A stretch of 64,000 nucleotides of DNA from Candidatus Lustribacter sp. (GTDB lineage: Bacteria; Vulcanimicrobiota; Vulcanimicrobiia; Vulcanimicrobiales; Vulcanimicrobiaceae). Of this stretch, positions 38,870-49,920 are shown piece after piece (the stretch's first letter is position 1; every line of letters begins with the position of its first letter). The stretch lies in the NCBI GenBank assembly GCA_965277805.1, contig OZ255842.1, positions 1,216,001-1,280,000 of the forward strand. The letters run 5' to 3'. Both the position numbers and the translations under genes were made by a program. Below the pieces are notes generated by a model. That model worked only from the letters and a program-made list of their open reading frames with translations, did no database searches and was not told the DNA's origin.

Positions 38870-40831
38870 TTACCGTGGCTGCGAGACGACGTCGATGACG
38901 GCCGGCAAGCCGCTTTTCACGACCTTCAGCGCGCGCGCGATCGCAGGCGCGAGCTGATCGGGCTGCGTGATCGGACCTTCACCGTGCACGCCCATCGACT
39001 CCGCAAACTTCGCGAAGTCGATGTTCGGGCTCGTGATCAGGGTGCCGGTGCGGGCCATTTCGGGCCCGCGTTCGCGGCGGCTCGCCATGCGCTGAAGGTG
39101 CATCGTTTCCTGATGCCAGGCGCGGTTGTTGTGCACGACCGTCAGCATCGGAACTTTGTGATGCGACGCGGTCCACAGCGTGCCGGGTGCGACCATGAAG
39201 TCGCCGTCGCCGTTGAAGTTCACCGAGTAGCGGCCCTGATCGCGCGCGGCGATCGCCGCGCCGAGCGCCGACGGTAAACCCTCGCCGACGCCGTAGGCGC
39301 CACCGTCGCTGCAGATGTGGTGATACTTGTCGAGGTCCCACAGACGATTCGGATACTGCCCTTGATAGAACGTTCCGGACACGAGCGAGAAATCGTCGTT
39401 CTTGATCTGCGCGTAGACTTCGGCCACCCAGCGGCCGACCGTGATCGGCGATGCATCCCAGCTCGTCGACGCGAGCGCGAGATCCGCCTGACGGCGCTTC
39501 GAGAACGAATCGACGAAGGCTTGAGCGCGGGTGGGATTCTGCGCGCGCCGTTCGCTCGTCATCGCGCGGTTCACCGCGTCGATCAGATATGGCAGCGAGG
39601 CTTCGCTGTCGCCCGCGATCGGCATCGTCGGCTCGTAGAAGCGCTGCTGGTCTTGGTAGTTGCCGGAACCTTGCAGATACAGCGCGTTGATCGAGATGAC
39701 CGTCGTCGTCGGTTTGATGCGCATGGTCGAGGCGCGGACCGGGAAGTCGGGAACGTCGCCGACGAGTCCGAAAAGATCGGTCAGTTCGAGTCCGAGGATG
39801 ACGTCGGCTTTGCCGAGCAGCGTGCGATCGAACGAACCGTTGAGGTGGTGGTTCGTCGGGAAGTTCATGCGATTGCCGTAGTCGATGACCGGGATCTGCA
39901 ACGCTTCCGCGAGTTGCACGAGGTGCGCCATGCCGTCGGCCGTACGCGCGCAGCGGTCGGCGACGATGATCGGGAACTGCGCGTTGACCAGCGCCTTCGC
40001 GACGTCGGCGAGGGCTGCCGGATCGGCCACCGGCGGCCGCACCGGAGCGTATTTCGGCAGCGGCAATTGCTTCTGATCGTTCGGCATCTCGGCCAAATCG
40101 GCGTCGACGATCACCATCGTTGGTCCCATCAACGGAGTCGTTGCGAGCGACGTCGCCTTCATGGTCTCTTCGCCGAACGATTGCAGCGACATCGGTGACG
40201 TATCGTACTTGATGAAGCCGCGCACGATCGCGGCCACGTCGGTGGCCGTGTGGTACCATTCGACGCCGGGCCGGCGGGTTGCACCGTCGGCGATGTTGCC
40301 GACGAAGATCACCATCGGCACGCGCGCCGCGTACGCGTTGTAGATATTCATCGAGGCGTGCTGCAGGCCGACGGTGTTGTGCACGATGATCGCCATCGGC
40401 TTGCCGGCCATCTGCGCGTAGCCCATCGCGATGCCCGACGAAATCTCTTCGTGCACGCACGAGAGCAATTCGGGTTTCGCGTTACCGCCGTAATTGGTGA
40501 TCGACTCCTGGAGTCCGCGGAACGTCGATCCCGGCATGCACGTAATGTAGTCGAAGCCGACGTGCTTGATGCAATCGACCATGTAGTCCGAGCCGGCGTT
40601 GTGTACGTGCCAGCGGTCGACGTCGGGCGCCGGCGTACCGGTTTCTTGGGCCATCAGACGCGGCCCGGGGAGGGGCGCGCTTGCGAGCGGCACGACGGGC
40701 GCGTTGGCTGTGGTCGCGCCGGCAGCGGCTGCCGCCGCCGGTGCGACGCCCGCAGCGGCAGCGCCAGCGCCGCCCGCGGCAATTCCGGCGAGGAATCCGC
40801 GGCGGTCGACTCCGGAATCTTTCTTTGCCAT
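38870..40831 (-). CDS. ThDP-dependent enzyme (AHAS/POX/BFD superfamily) with twin-arginine signal (copy 2)
   Basis: DRRGFL; PGSTF...HEE catalytic Glu; GDGD...NN ThDP/Mg motif. Confidence 0.9.
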   Translation of the reverse strand: MAKKDSGVDRRGFLAGIAAGGAGAAAAGVAPAAAAAAGATTANAPVVPLASAPLPGPRLMAQETGTPAPDVDRWHVHNAGSDYMVDCIKHVGFDYITCMPGSTFRGLQESITNYGGNAKPELLSCVHEEISSGIAMGYAQMAGKPMAIIVHNTVGLQHASMNIYNAYAARVPMVIFVGNIADGATRRPGVEWYHTATDVAAIVRGFIKYDTSPMSLQSFGEETMKATSLATTPLMGPTMVIVDADLAEMPNDQKQLPLPKYAPVRPPVADPAALADVAKALVNAQFPIIVADRCARTADGMAHLVQLAEALQIPVIDYGNRMNFPTNHHLNGSFDRTLLGKADVILGLELTDLFGLVGDVPDFPVRASTMRIKPTTTVISINALYLQGSGNYQDQQRFYEPTMPIAGDSEASLPYLIDAVNRAMTSERRAQNPTRAQAFVDSFSKRRQADLALASTSWDASPITVGRWVAEVYAQIKNDDFSLVSGTFYQGQYPNRLWDLDKYHHICSDGGAYGVGEGLPSALGAAIAARDQGRYSVNFNGDGDFMVAPGTLWTASHHKVPMLTVVHNNRAWHQETMHLQRMASRRERGPEMARTGTLITSPNIDFAKFAESMGVHGEGPITQPDQLAPAIARALKVVKSGLPAVIDVVSQPR

Positions 40832-40842
40832 GAGGGGCTACC

Positions 40843-41253
40843 TTATTTGGGCGTCATCGTGGAATTGAGTAACGGAAGTTGCGAGCCGGGTTTGCCGGCG
40901 GGGATCGACGAGAGATAGGCATAGATGTCGGCCAGCGTCGCATCCGGCAAGATCTTGACGGAGAACGACGGCATGTCGCCGCGCGGCCGCCGCACGTACG
41001 AACTCACGAGCGACCACGGCGGCGCCTTCGCCGCGATGCGCGCACCGGTGCCGAAGTTCCCTTGGCCCACGGTGCCGTGGCACTCGTAGCAGCCGAAGCT
41101 CATGAAGGCGGCTTTGCCGCGCGCGACGTCACCGGGTGGTGCGGTTGCCGCCGCCGCGGGTGCTGCGGCCGGCGTGCCTTGAGCCGAAGCACCGTGCGCG
41201 CTGACGAGCAGCGCCGCGACCAGCGCGAGCGTGAACGAAGCAATACGATTCAT
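40843..41253 (-). CDS. Secreted monoheme cytochrome c (copy 1)
   Basis: Signal ending ASA; CYECH; MPSF; GAGGG SD upstream. Confidence 0.92.
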   Translation of the reverse strand: MNRIASFTLALVAALLVSAHGASAQGTPAAAPAAAATAPPGDVARGKAAFMSFGCYECHGTVGQGNFGTGARIAAKAPPWSLVSSYVRRPRGDMPSFSVKILPDATLADIYAYLSSIPAGKPGSQLPLLNSTMTPK

Positions 41254-41264
41254 CTGCATTCCCT

Positions 41265-43238
41265 CTAGCGCGGCTGGCTGACGACGTCGACGAGTGCGGG
41301 CATTCCGTTTTTCACGACCTTGAGCGCGCGTGCGAGCGCCGGACCGAGCTGATCCGGATTCGAGATCGGTCCTTCGCCGTACACGCCGAACGATTGCGCC
41401 AACTTCGCGAAGTCGATGTTCGGGTTGTTGATCAGCGTGCCGATCGTTGCAGTTTGCGGTTGACGTTCGCGGCGGTTGGCCATGCGCTGAAGATGCATTG
41501 CTTCTTGATGCCACGCACGGTTGTTGTGCACGACGGTGAGCAGCGGAATCTTGTGATGCGCCGCCGTCCAGAGCGAACCCGGCTGCACCATGAAGTCGCC
41601 GTCACCGTTGACGTTGATCGCGTACCGGCCCTGATCGCGCGCGGCGAGCGCTGCACCGACGGCGGCCGGCAATTGGTAGCCGACGCCCGACGCGCCGGAG
41701 CCGCCGTTATAGTGATAGGGCTGATCGAGGTCCCACAGCCGTTGCGGCCACGAACCCATTTGACCGGTCGGCCCCACCATCGAGAACGCATCGCCCTTGA
41801 CGAGATTGTGGATTTCGGCGTACATGCGCGGGAGCGAGATCGGCGAAGCATCCCAACCGAAGCCGGCCGTTGCGATCGCTTCTTGCCGGTGTTTGCTCCA
41901 TGAGTCGGCGAAACGCGCGGCGCGCGCGGTGTTTTGCGCTTTGCGTTCGCTCGTGACCGCGCGGCCGATGGCGTCGATGAGATACGGCAGCGAGGCCTCG
42001 GCGTCGCCGGCGATCGGCATCGTCGGGTTGTAGTAGCGCTGCTGATCTTGGTAGTTACCCTGACCCTGCAAGTACATCGAGTTGATGTGAATCGTCGTCG
42101 TGTTCGGTTTGATCTTCATCACGGATTGGCGAACCGGAAAATCCGGCACGTCGCCGACGACGCTGAAGAAGTCGCCCACTTCGAGTGCGAGAATCACGTC
42201 GGCTTGCGCGATCGTCGCACGGTCGAAGGCCGCGTAGAGATGATGGTTGGTCGGGAAGTTCATCCGGTTGCCGATGTCGACGACCGGGATCTGCAGCGAT
42301 TCGGCGAGCTGGACGAGCAGCGCCATGCCGGCCGGCGTGCGCGCCACGCGATCGGCGACGATGACCGGAGTCTGCGCGCCGACCAGGGCCTTCGCAACAT
42401 CCGCGAGGGCCGCCGGATCGGCCACCGGCGGACGCACCGGAACGAACTTCGGCAGCGGCAATTGTTTGGCGTCATTCGGCATTTCGGCCAAGTCGGCGTC
42501 GACCATGACCAGTGCCGGTTCTTGCACCGGCGTCATTGCGAGCGACGTTGCCTTCATGACTTCTTCGCCGAACGATTGCAGCGACATCGGCGACGCATCG
42601 TATTTCACGTACCCGCGCACGATCTGCGCGACGTCGGTCGCGGTGTGGTACCACTCGACGCCCGGCCGGCGCGTCGAGCCGTCGGCGATGTTGCCGACGA
42701 GGATCAGCATCGGCACGCGATCGGCGTACGCGTTGTAGATGCCCATCGAGGCATGCTGCAAGCCGACGGTGTTGTGCACGATGATCGCCATCGGTTTGTG
42801 CGCCATCTTCGCGTAACCATGGGCCATCGCGGCGGAGATCTCTTCGTGCGTGCACGAGAGCAGCTCGGGCTTCGAGTTGCCGCCGTAATTCGTGATCGAC
42901 TCTTGCAGACCGCGGAACGTCGATCCGGGCATACAGGTGATGTAGTCGAAGCCGACGTGCTTGAGGCAGTCGACCATGTAGTCGGAGCCGGCGTTGTGAA
43001 CGTGCCAGCGATCGATCTCGACGGCCGGCGTGCCGGTCTCTTGCGCGACGAGACGCGGGCCGGGCAAACTTGCGCTGGCGTTCGCGATGTTCGGCACGCT
43101 CGTCGTACTCTGCGGTGCGTCCGCGGCCGCGGCAGCGGCGGAAGCTGGTGCTACACCGGCGGCTGCCGCTCCGGCGCCTCCCGCTGCAATACCCGCAAGG
43201 AAAGCGCGCCGGTCAACACCGGCCTTTTTCTTAGCCAC
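41265..43238 (-). CDS. ThDP-dependent enzyme with twin-arginine signal (copy 1)
   Basis: DRRAFL; HEE; GDGD...NN; paralog of 38870-40831. Confidence 0.9.
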   Translation of the reverse strand: MAKKKAGVDRRAFLAGIAAGGAGAAAAGVAPASAAAAAADAPQSTTSVPNIANASASLPGPRLVAQETGTPAVEIDRWHVHNAGSDYMVDCLKHVGFDYITCMPGSTFRGLQESITNYGGNSKPELLSCTHEEISAAMAHGYAKMAHKPMAIIVHNTVGLQHASMGIYNAYADRVPMLILVGNIADGSTRRPGVEWYHTATDVAQIVRGYVKYDASPMSLQSFGEEVMKATSLAMTPVQEPALVMVDADLAEMPNDAKQLPLPKFVPVRPPVADPAALADVAKALVGAQTPVIVADRVARTPAGMALLVQLAESLQIPVVDIGNRMNFPTNHHLYAAFDRATIAQADVILALEVGDFFSVVGDVPDFPVRQSVMKIKPNTTTIHINSMYLQGQGNYQDQQRYYNPTMPIAGDAEASLPYLIDAIGRAVTSERKAQNTARAARFADSWSKHRQEAIATAGFGWDASPISLPRMYAEIHNLVKGDAFSMVGPTGQMGSWPQRLWDLDQPYHYNGGSGASGVGYQLPAAVGAALAARDQGRYAINVNGDGDFMVQPGSLWTAAHHKIPLLTVVHNNRAWHQEAMHLQRMANRRERQPQTATIGTLINNPNIDFAKLAQSFGVYGEGPISNPDQLGPALARALKVVKNGMPALVDVVSQPR

Positions 43239-43316
43239 TAAGCACCTCGTGAAGTTACGGAGACGTCTTTTCGGGACTCATTTCCGCGGAATCACGCGAT
43301 GCCTGCAAACGGGTTA

Positions 43317-44708
43317 TTACTTACTCGGTCCGACCCAGACGGTTTGGATGTTCATGAACTCGCGGATGCCGAGATAGGAGAGCTCGCGCCCGTAGCCGCT
43401 GTGCTTCACGCCGCCGAACGGCAGCCGCGGATCCGACGCCGTCATGCCGTTGATGAACACCGCGCCCGATTCGATGCGCCGTGCAAGTTGTTTGCCGCGT
43501 TCGACGTCGCCGGTCCATAACGCGCCGCCCAAGCCGAAGGTCGAGTCATTGGCTAAAACGACAGCGTGTTCGGCGTCACGCGCGCGGATGACGGCGGCGA
43601 CCGGACCGAACGTCTCTTCCCGGAAGACCGGCATCGTGTCGTCGACGTCGACCAGCACCGTCGGTTCGAAGAACGCCCCCGGACGGCCAGGTGCGGAGCC
43701 GCCGAGCACGACACGCGCGCCCTTTTTCACCGAGCCCTCGATCTGCTTCACCAAGTCGTCGCGCAGATCGGTCCTGGCGAGCGGACCCATCGCGGTTTTC
43801 CGGTCCTCGGGGTCGCCGGTCGTGTAGGCTTTCGATTCTTCGACGAACGCGGCGACGAAGCGGTCGTAGACCGCGTCTTCCACGATGAAGCGCTTGGCGC
43901 AAATGCAACTCTGGCCCGCGTTCTGAAAACGCGCTTTGGCCGCGGTCTTCGCGGCCGCCGGAATGTCGGCGTCGGCCAGGACGATGAAGGCATCGGAGCC
44001 GCCCAGTTCGAGCACGTGCTTCTTGAGCGCGCGGCCGCTTTCACTTGCGACCGAGACGCCCGCCGGTTCGCTGCCGGTGATCGTCACCGCGGCGATGCGG
44101 TCGTCGGCGATCAGGCGCTTGACCTCGGCCCCGGGCACGATCACGGTGGCGAAGATGCCGGGCGGGAAGCCCGACTCGCGGAACGTCTCCTCGATGTCGA
44201 GCGCGCAGCGGGTCACGTTGCTGGCGTGCTTGAGGATGCCGCCGTTACCCGCCATCAGGGCGGGGGCTGCGAAACGGAAGACTTGCCAGTAGGGGAAGTT
44301 CCAGGGCATGACCGCCAGCACGACCCCCAGCGGCTGGTAGGCGATATAGCTGTCCGTTGCGGTCGAAGCGATGTGCTCGTCGGCCAGAAACTTCTCGGCG
44401 TTGTCGGCGTAGAATTCGCACGCCCAGGCGCACTTCTCGACCTCGGCCTCGGCGTCGCCGATCGGCTTGCCCATCTCGCGGGTGGCGTTGAGGGCAAAGC
44501 GAGCTTTGTTCTCCCGCAGGTAGCCGGCGGCGCGCTTCATTAAAGCGCCGCGCTCGGCGAACGAGCGCCGCGACCACTCGCGCTGAGCGGCCACCGCCCC
44601 ATCGAGACGGGCCCCGATCTCAGCTTCGGTATGGAGGGCGAACGATTCTAGCTTGGCCCCGGTCGCGGGGTTGATGGAGTCGACGGTCTTCGGCTGCGCT
44701 GCGATCAT
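43317..44708 (-). CDS. NAD(P)-dependent aldehyde dehydrogenase (succinate-semialdehyde dehydrogenase-like)
   Basis: VMPWNFP, LELGGSD, NAGQSCIC, EETFGP, PFGGVKHSGYGRE. Confidence 0.94.
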   Translation of the reverse strand: MIAAQPKTVDSINPATGAKLESFALHTEAEIGARLDGAVAAQREWSRRSFAERGALMKRAAGYLRENKARFALNATREMGKPIGDAEAEVEKCAWACEFYADNAEKFLADEHIASTATDSYIAYQPLGVVLAVMPWNFPYWQVFRFAAPALMAGNGGILKHASNVTRCALDIEETFRESGFPPGIFATVIVPGAEVKRLIADDRIAAVTITGSEPAGVSVASESGRALKKHVLELGGSDAFIVLADADIPAAAKTAAKARFQNAGQSCICAKRFIVEDAVYDRFVAAFVEESKAYTTGDPEDRKTAMGPLARTDLRDDLVKQIEGSVKKGARVVLGGSAPGRPGAFFEPTVLVDVDDTMPVFREETFGPVAAVIRARDAEHAVVLANDSTFGLGGALWTGDVERGKQLARRIESGAVFINGMTASDPRLPFGGVKHSGYGRELSYLGIREFMNIQTVWVGPSK

Positions 44709-44722
44709 AACGCCATTCTGCT

Positions 44723-44800
44723 ATGTCATCCCGAGCTTGTCGAGGGACCGCCGCAATTGCCGTCGCTGGGTGGCTGCCCCTCGACAAGCTCGGGTGACAT
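44723..44800. repeat. REP-like element, inverted pair with spacer
   Basis: ATGTCATCCCGAGCTTGTCGAGGG ... CCCTCGACAAGCTCGGGTGACAT. Confidence 0.88.
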
Positions 44801-44837
44801 GGAACGCCCGGTACCGTGGAACGATACGTCTCCAGGT

Positions 44838-44866
44838 TTGACTTTCTGGCCTCGTGTTGGTATCAT
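44838..44866 (+). promoter_or_regulatory. Promoter of the rplC-led operon
   Basis: TTGACT, 17 bp spacer, TATCAT with extended TG. Confidence 0.8.
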
Positions 44867-44877
44867 CTGGCGGTTGT

Positions 44878-44948
44878 GGTCCACGCCGGCCGCGGTACTT
44901 TGCCGTGGCCGACGGAAAGCGTAGTCGATACGCCAGGACCCGTGGACT
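44878..44948 (+). promoter_or_regulatory. Candidate structured ribosomal leader (three-way junction)
   Basis: Outer stem GTCCACG/CGTGGAC enclosing two hairpins. Confidence 0.55.
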
Positions 44949-44968
44949 TCCTAGAGGCGATAACGACG

Positions 44969-45616
44969 ATGAAGAACATCATCGGCCGCAAGGTCGGGAT
45001 GACGAGTGTGTTCACAGCCGATGGGCGCTACGTACCGGTGACGGTAATCGAAGCGGGCCCGTGTACGGTCGTGCAGCGCAAGACGAAAGATACCGATGGC
45101 TACGAAGCCGTCGCGCTCGCCTTCGGCGACGTTAAGAAGTCGCGGGTTACGCGCGCGCTGGCCGGACATTATAAGAAGGCCGGCGTCGAACCGAAGCGCG
45201 ACATCCGCGAGTTTCGCACCGAACTCGAAGGGCTCGACGTCGGCACCGCCGTCACCGTCGAATCGTTCATCGAGGGCGATCGCGTCGACGTGCAAGCCAC
45301 GTCGAAGGGCCACGGCTTCGCCGGCGGCATCAAGCGCCACAACTTCAGCGGCGGCGGCGCGAGCCACGGCTCGATGATCCACCGTCAGCCTGGTTCGAAC
45401 GGCGACACCAACGCCGGTCACACGCCCAAGGGCAGCCGCCGTCCGGGTCACTACGGCGTCGACACCATCACCCATCAGAATCTCGAGATCGTGCGCGCCG
45501 ACGTGGAGCGCAATTTGCTGCTCGTGCGCGGGCCCGTTCCCGGTCCGAAGAACGGGCTCGTCATCGTGACTCACTCGGTCAAGGCCGGCAAGTACCCCGT
45601 TAAGGAAAGCGCCTGA
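44969..45616 (+). CDS. rplC: 50S ribosomal protein L3
   Basis: IGRKVGMT, VPVTVIEAGPC, SKGHGFAG, GPVPG. Confidence 0.97.
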   Translation: MKNIIGRKVGMTSVFTADGRYVPVTVIEAGPCTVVQRKTKDTDGYEAVALAFGDVKKSRVTRALAGHYKKAGVEPKRDIREFRTELEGLDVGTAVTVESFIEGDRVDVQATSKGHGFAGGIKRHNFSGGGASHGSMIHRQPGSNGDTNAGHTPKGSRRPGHYGVDTITHQNLEIVRADVERNLLLVRGPVPGPKNGLVIVTHSVKAGKYPVKESA

Positions 45617-46281
45617 TGCCGCAAGTAATCGATGCGCAGGGCAAAGCCCTCAAAGACATCGCCGTTCCGGACGCCTTCGCGGGCAACGTGTCGGGCAAGA
45701 CCAACGCGATCTTCCGCGCCGTCTTCCGCGAACTCGCCAGCCCCCGCGCCGGCACGCACTCGACGCTCAAGCGCGACGAAGTGCGCGGCGGCGGCCGCAA
45801 GCCCTGGAAGCAAAAGGGCACCGGCCGCGCCCGTCAGGGTTCGATCCGTTCACCGCAGTGGCGTCACGGCGGCGTGGTCTTCGGGCCGCAGCCGCGCAGC
45901 TACGTCAGCGCGCTCAACAAGAAAGAGCGCAAGGCCGCGCTGCTCGCCGCCCTGTCCGATAAGTACCAGAACGGTTCGGTCACGCTGCTCCAAACGGAAA
46001 AGCTCGACCTGAAGAAGACCAAAGATTTTGCCGTGCTGCTGTTCGGTTCGCCGAAGGCCGCCAAGACCGGCGTGCGCACGCTGGTCGTGTTCGCCGAGAG
46101 CGAACTGGCGAGCGTCGGTGAAACGCTGGCGCGCACCGGCAACAACCTCACGCAAGTCGGCGTGACGCACACCGGCGCGCTCGACATCAAAGACATCGTC
46201 GGTTACACGCGGCTGGTGGTCACCGCCGCTGCGAACGATGCGCTGATCGCCCGCTTCGCAAAAACGGAGAAGTCCGCATGA
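45616..46281 (+). CDS. rplD: 50S ribosomal protein L4
   Basis: GGGRKPWKQKGTGRARQGSIRSPQW. Confidence 0.97.
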   Translation: MPQVIDAQGKALKDIAVPDAFAGNVSGKTNAIFRAVFRELASPRAGTHSTLKRDEVRGGGRKPWKQKGTGRARQGSIRSPQWRHGGVVFGPQPRSYVSALNKKERKAALLAALSDKYQNGSVTLLQTEKLDLKKTKDFAVLLFGSPKAAKTGVRTLVVFAESELASVGETLARTGNNLTQVGVTHTGALDIKDIVGYTRLVVTAAANDALIARFAKTEKSA

Positions 46282-46586
46282 CCTCGCGCGATATTATCGT
46301 GGCGCCGGTGATCACCGAGAAATCGATGGCCGGCACCGCGTTTCAGCAGTATGCCTTCGAAGTCGCCAAGAGCGCCTCGAAGACGCAGATCAAGTCCGCT
46401 ATCCACGAGATCTTCAAGGTCGACGTCATCAAGATCAATACGGTCAACGTGCTCGGCAAGTCGAAGAATTTCGCGCGCCGCGGCGCGCGCACGTCCGGCA
46501 AGCAGTCGGACTGGAAGAAAGCCATTGTCACCCTTGCGCCGGGCCAAAAAATCGAGCTCGGCGGCGTCAATTATTTTGAGCAATAA
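46278..46586 (+). CDS. rplW: 50S ribosomal protein L23
   Basis: PVITEKS, KKAIVTL. Confidence 0.96.
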   Translation: MTSRDIIVAPVITEKSMAGTAFQQYAFEVAKSASKTQIKSAIHEIFKVDVIKINTVNVLGKSKNFARRGARTSGKQSDWKKAIVTLAPGQKIELGGVNYFEQ

Positions 46587-46588
46587 CA

Positions 46589-47416
46589 ATGGCCGTTAAG
46601 AAGTACAAGCCGACCAGCGCCGGGCGCCGCTTCATCACCACCGCCGATTTCAGCGGGGTCTCCAAAAAGGATCCTGAGAAGTCGCTGCTCGAGGTCAAGA
46701 AGAAGCATTCGGGCCGCAACAACAACGGCCACATCACGACGCGCCATAAGGGCGGCGGCACGCGCAAGCAGTACCGCATCATCGACTTCAAGCGCTCGAA
46801 GGACACCGTGCCGGCGAAGGTCGCGGCGATCGAATACGATCCCAACCGCACCGCCCGCATCGCGCTGCTCCACTACCGCGACGGCGAGAAGCGCTATATC
46901 TTGGCGCCCGTCGGTCTCGAGGTCGGCGCGGTCGTCGTCTCGGGTTCGGATGCCGACATCAAGATCGGCAACGCGCTGCCGCTGGCGAACATTCCGCTCG
47001 GTACGGTCATCCACAACATCGAACTGCGGCCCGGTGAAGGCGGCAAGCTCGTCCGCTCGGCCGGCTCGTCGGCGCAGCTGATGGCCAAAGAGGGCCAATA
47101 CGCGCAAGTCCGCATGCCGTCGGGTGAAGTGCGCAAGATTCAAGTCGTGTGCCGCGCGACCATCGGTCAACTCGGCAACCTCGATCACGAAAACGAAGTG
47201 ATCGGTAAAGCCGGCCGCCAGCGCCATCTCGGCAAGCGTCCGTCGGTTCGCGGTATCGCGATGAACCCGGTCGACCATCCGCACGGCGGCGGCGAAGCGC
47301 GCTCCACGTCCGGACGTCCGCCGACCACGCCGTGGGGCCAGATGACGATGGGCAAAAAGACGCGCCGCAACAAGCGCACGGCCAACATGATCGTCCGCAA
47401 GCGGAAGGGCAAGTAG
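46589..47416 (+). CDS. rplB: 50S ribosomal protein L2
   Basis: [24 protein letters not shown]. Confidence 0.98.
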   Translation: MAVKKYKPTSAGRRFITTADFSGVSKKDPEKSLLEVKKKHSGRNNNGHITTRHKGGGTRKQYRIIDFKRSKDTVPAKVAAIEYDPNRTARIALLHYRDGEKRYILAPVGLEVGAVVVSGSDADIKIGNALPLANIPLGTVIHNIELRPGEGGKLVRSAGSSAQLMAKEGQYAQVRMPSGEVRKIQVVCRATIGQLGNLDHENEVIGKAGRQRHLGKRPSVRGIAMNPVDHPHGGGEARSTSGRPPTTPWGQMTMGKKTRRNKRTANMIVRKRKGK

Positions 47417-47417
47417 C

Positions 47418-47693
47418 ATGGGACGCAGTCTGAAGAAAGGCCCGTTCGTCGCGGACCATCTTCTCGCCAAAGTCGAGAAGATGAATTCCACGCGCGAGAA
47501 AAAGGTCATCAAGACCTGGTCGCGTTCGTCGACGATCGTGCCGCAAATGGTCGGTCACACGATCAGCGTACACAACGGCAAGGCGCACATCCCGGTGTTC
47601 ATCACCGAGAACATGGTCGGGCACAAGCTCGGCGAGTTCTCGCCGACGCGCATCTTCAAGGGACACGCCGGCGACAAGGCGGCGGTGAAGTAG
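47418..47693 (+). CDS. rpsS: 30S ribosomal protein S19
   Basis: [21 protein letters not shown]. Confidence 0.98.
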   Translation: MGRSLKKGPFVADHLLAKVEKMNSTREKKVIKTWSRSSTIVPQMVGHTISVHNGKAHIPVFITENMVGHKLGEFSPTRIFKGHAGDKAAVK

Positions 47694-47694
47694 C

Positions 47695-48227
47695 ATGACT
47701 GCCGTAGCCGAACGGCCGCAAACCGCGGTCGCACATCTCAAGTTCGCCCGCATGGGCCCGCGCAAACTGCGCCGCGTCGCCGATGCGATCCGCGGCAAGT
47801 CCGTGCGCGAAGCGCTCGTGCTGCTGCAATTCGCCGGCGTGTTCGCATCCGAACCGCTGGAGAAGCTGCTCAAGTCGGCCGTTGCCAACGCCGAGAACAA
47901 CCACAACATGTCGAGCGACGGTCTCTTCATCACGAAGATCACCGTCGACAGCGGACCGGGCGGCGGCATCACCAAGCGCCTGGATCCGCGCGCTCAAGGC
48001 CGCGCCAACTTCAAGCGCAAGCGCATGTCGCACGTGACAATCGCCGTCGGCGCAACGCCGCCGAAGCGTCAGCCGCGCCAGCGCGCCGGTGCTGCGATCG
48101 CGCTCTCGACCGTCGAATCGCGCCGCGCCCAAGCTGCGTCGGCCAAGCCCACCACGTCGCGTAAGAAGAAAGCCGCTCAACCCTCTGCCCAGTCGCAGAT
48201 CGAGCCGCCGTTGGGAGCCTCTGAATA

Positions 48228-48228
<1 letters not shown>
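47695..48228 (+). CDS. rplV: 50S ribosomal protein L22 with C-terminal extension
   Basis: [28 protein letters not shown]. Confidence 0.96.
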
Positions 48229-49273
<1,045 letters not shown>

Positions 49274-49274
<1 letters not shown>

Positions 49275-49702
49275 TGTTGACACCTAAGCGCGTCAAATGG
49301 CGCCGTCAGCATCGTGGCCGCATGCGCGGCAAAGCGCTCGTCGGCAACACGCTGACGTTCGGCGAATACGGTCTGCAAGCGCTCGAACCGGTTTGGATGA
49401 CCAACCGGCAAATCGAAGCGGCGCGTATCGCGATGACCCGCCACATTAAACGCGGCGGCAAGGTCTGGATCAAGATTTTCCCCGACAAGTCGGTGACGAA
49501 GAAGCCCGCCGAAGTCCGCATGGGTTCCGGTAAGGGTAACCCCGAGTTCTGGGTCGCCGTCGTGCGCCCGGGCCGGATCATGTTCGAACTGGCCGGCGTG
49601 GAAGAGAAAGTCGCGCGTGAGGCGTTGCGCCTCGCCGCCAACAAGCTGCCGATCGCGACCAAGGTCGTGACGCGTGCGGACGAAGCGGCGGTGTCGGCAT
49701 GA
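49274..49702 (+). CDS. rplP: 50S ribosomal protein L16
   Basis: [15 protein letters not shown]. Confidence 0.98.
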
Positions 49703-49920
49703 AACGCAGCGATCTGCGCAGCCTGCGCGAGCTGACCATCGGTGAGCTCGAAGTCAAGGCCCGCGAAACCAAGGAAGAACTGTTCAACTTGCGCTTTGCG
49801 CTCCGTACCGGCCATCTTTCGGATTTCTCGAAAGTGAAAGCCGCGCGCCGCAGCTACGCGCAAATCCAAACCGCGATCTCCGAGAAGAAGATCGTTGAGG
49901 CACGTCATGGAGCAGCCTAG
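49699..49920 (+). CDS. rpmC: 50S ribosomal protein L29
   Basis: [11 protein letters not shown]; position in operon. Confidence 0.95.
   Translation: MKRSDLRSLRELTIGELEVKARETKEELFNLRFALRTGHLSDFSKVKAARRSYAQIQTAISEKKIVEARHGAA

Noticed and set aside
43239-43316. TPP riboswitch before the ThDP enzymes
   Set aside because: No recognisable conserved TPP riboswitch segments in this 78 bp gap
36272-44968. Prophage or integrative element in the rpsJ-rplC gap
   Set aside because: No integrase, transposase, phage genes or flanking direct repeats seen; composition looks like the rest of the window
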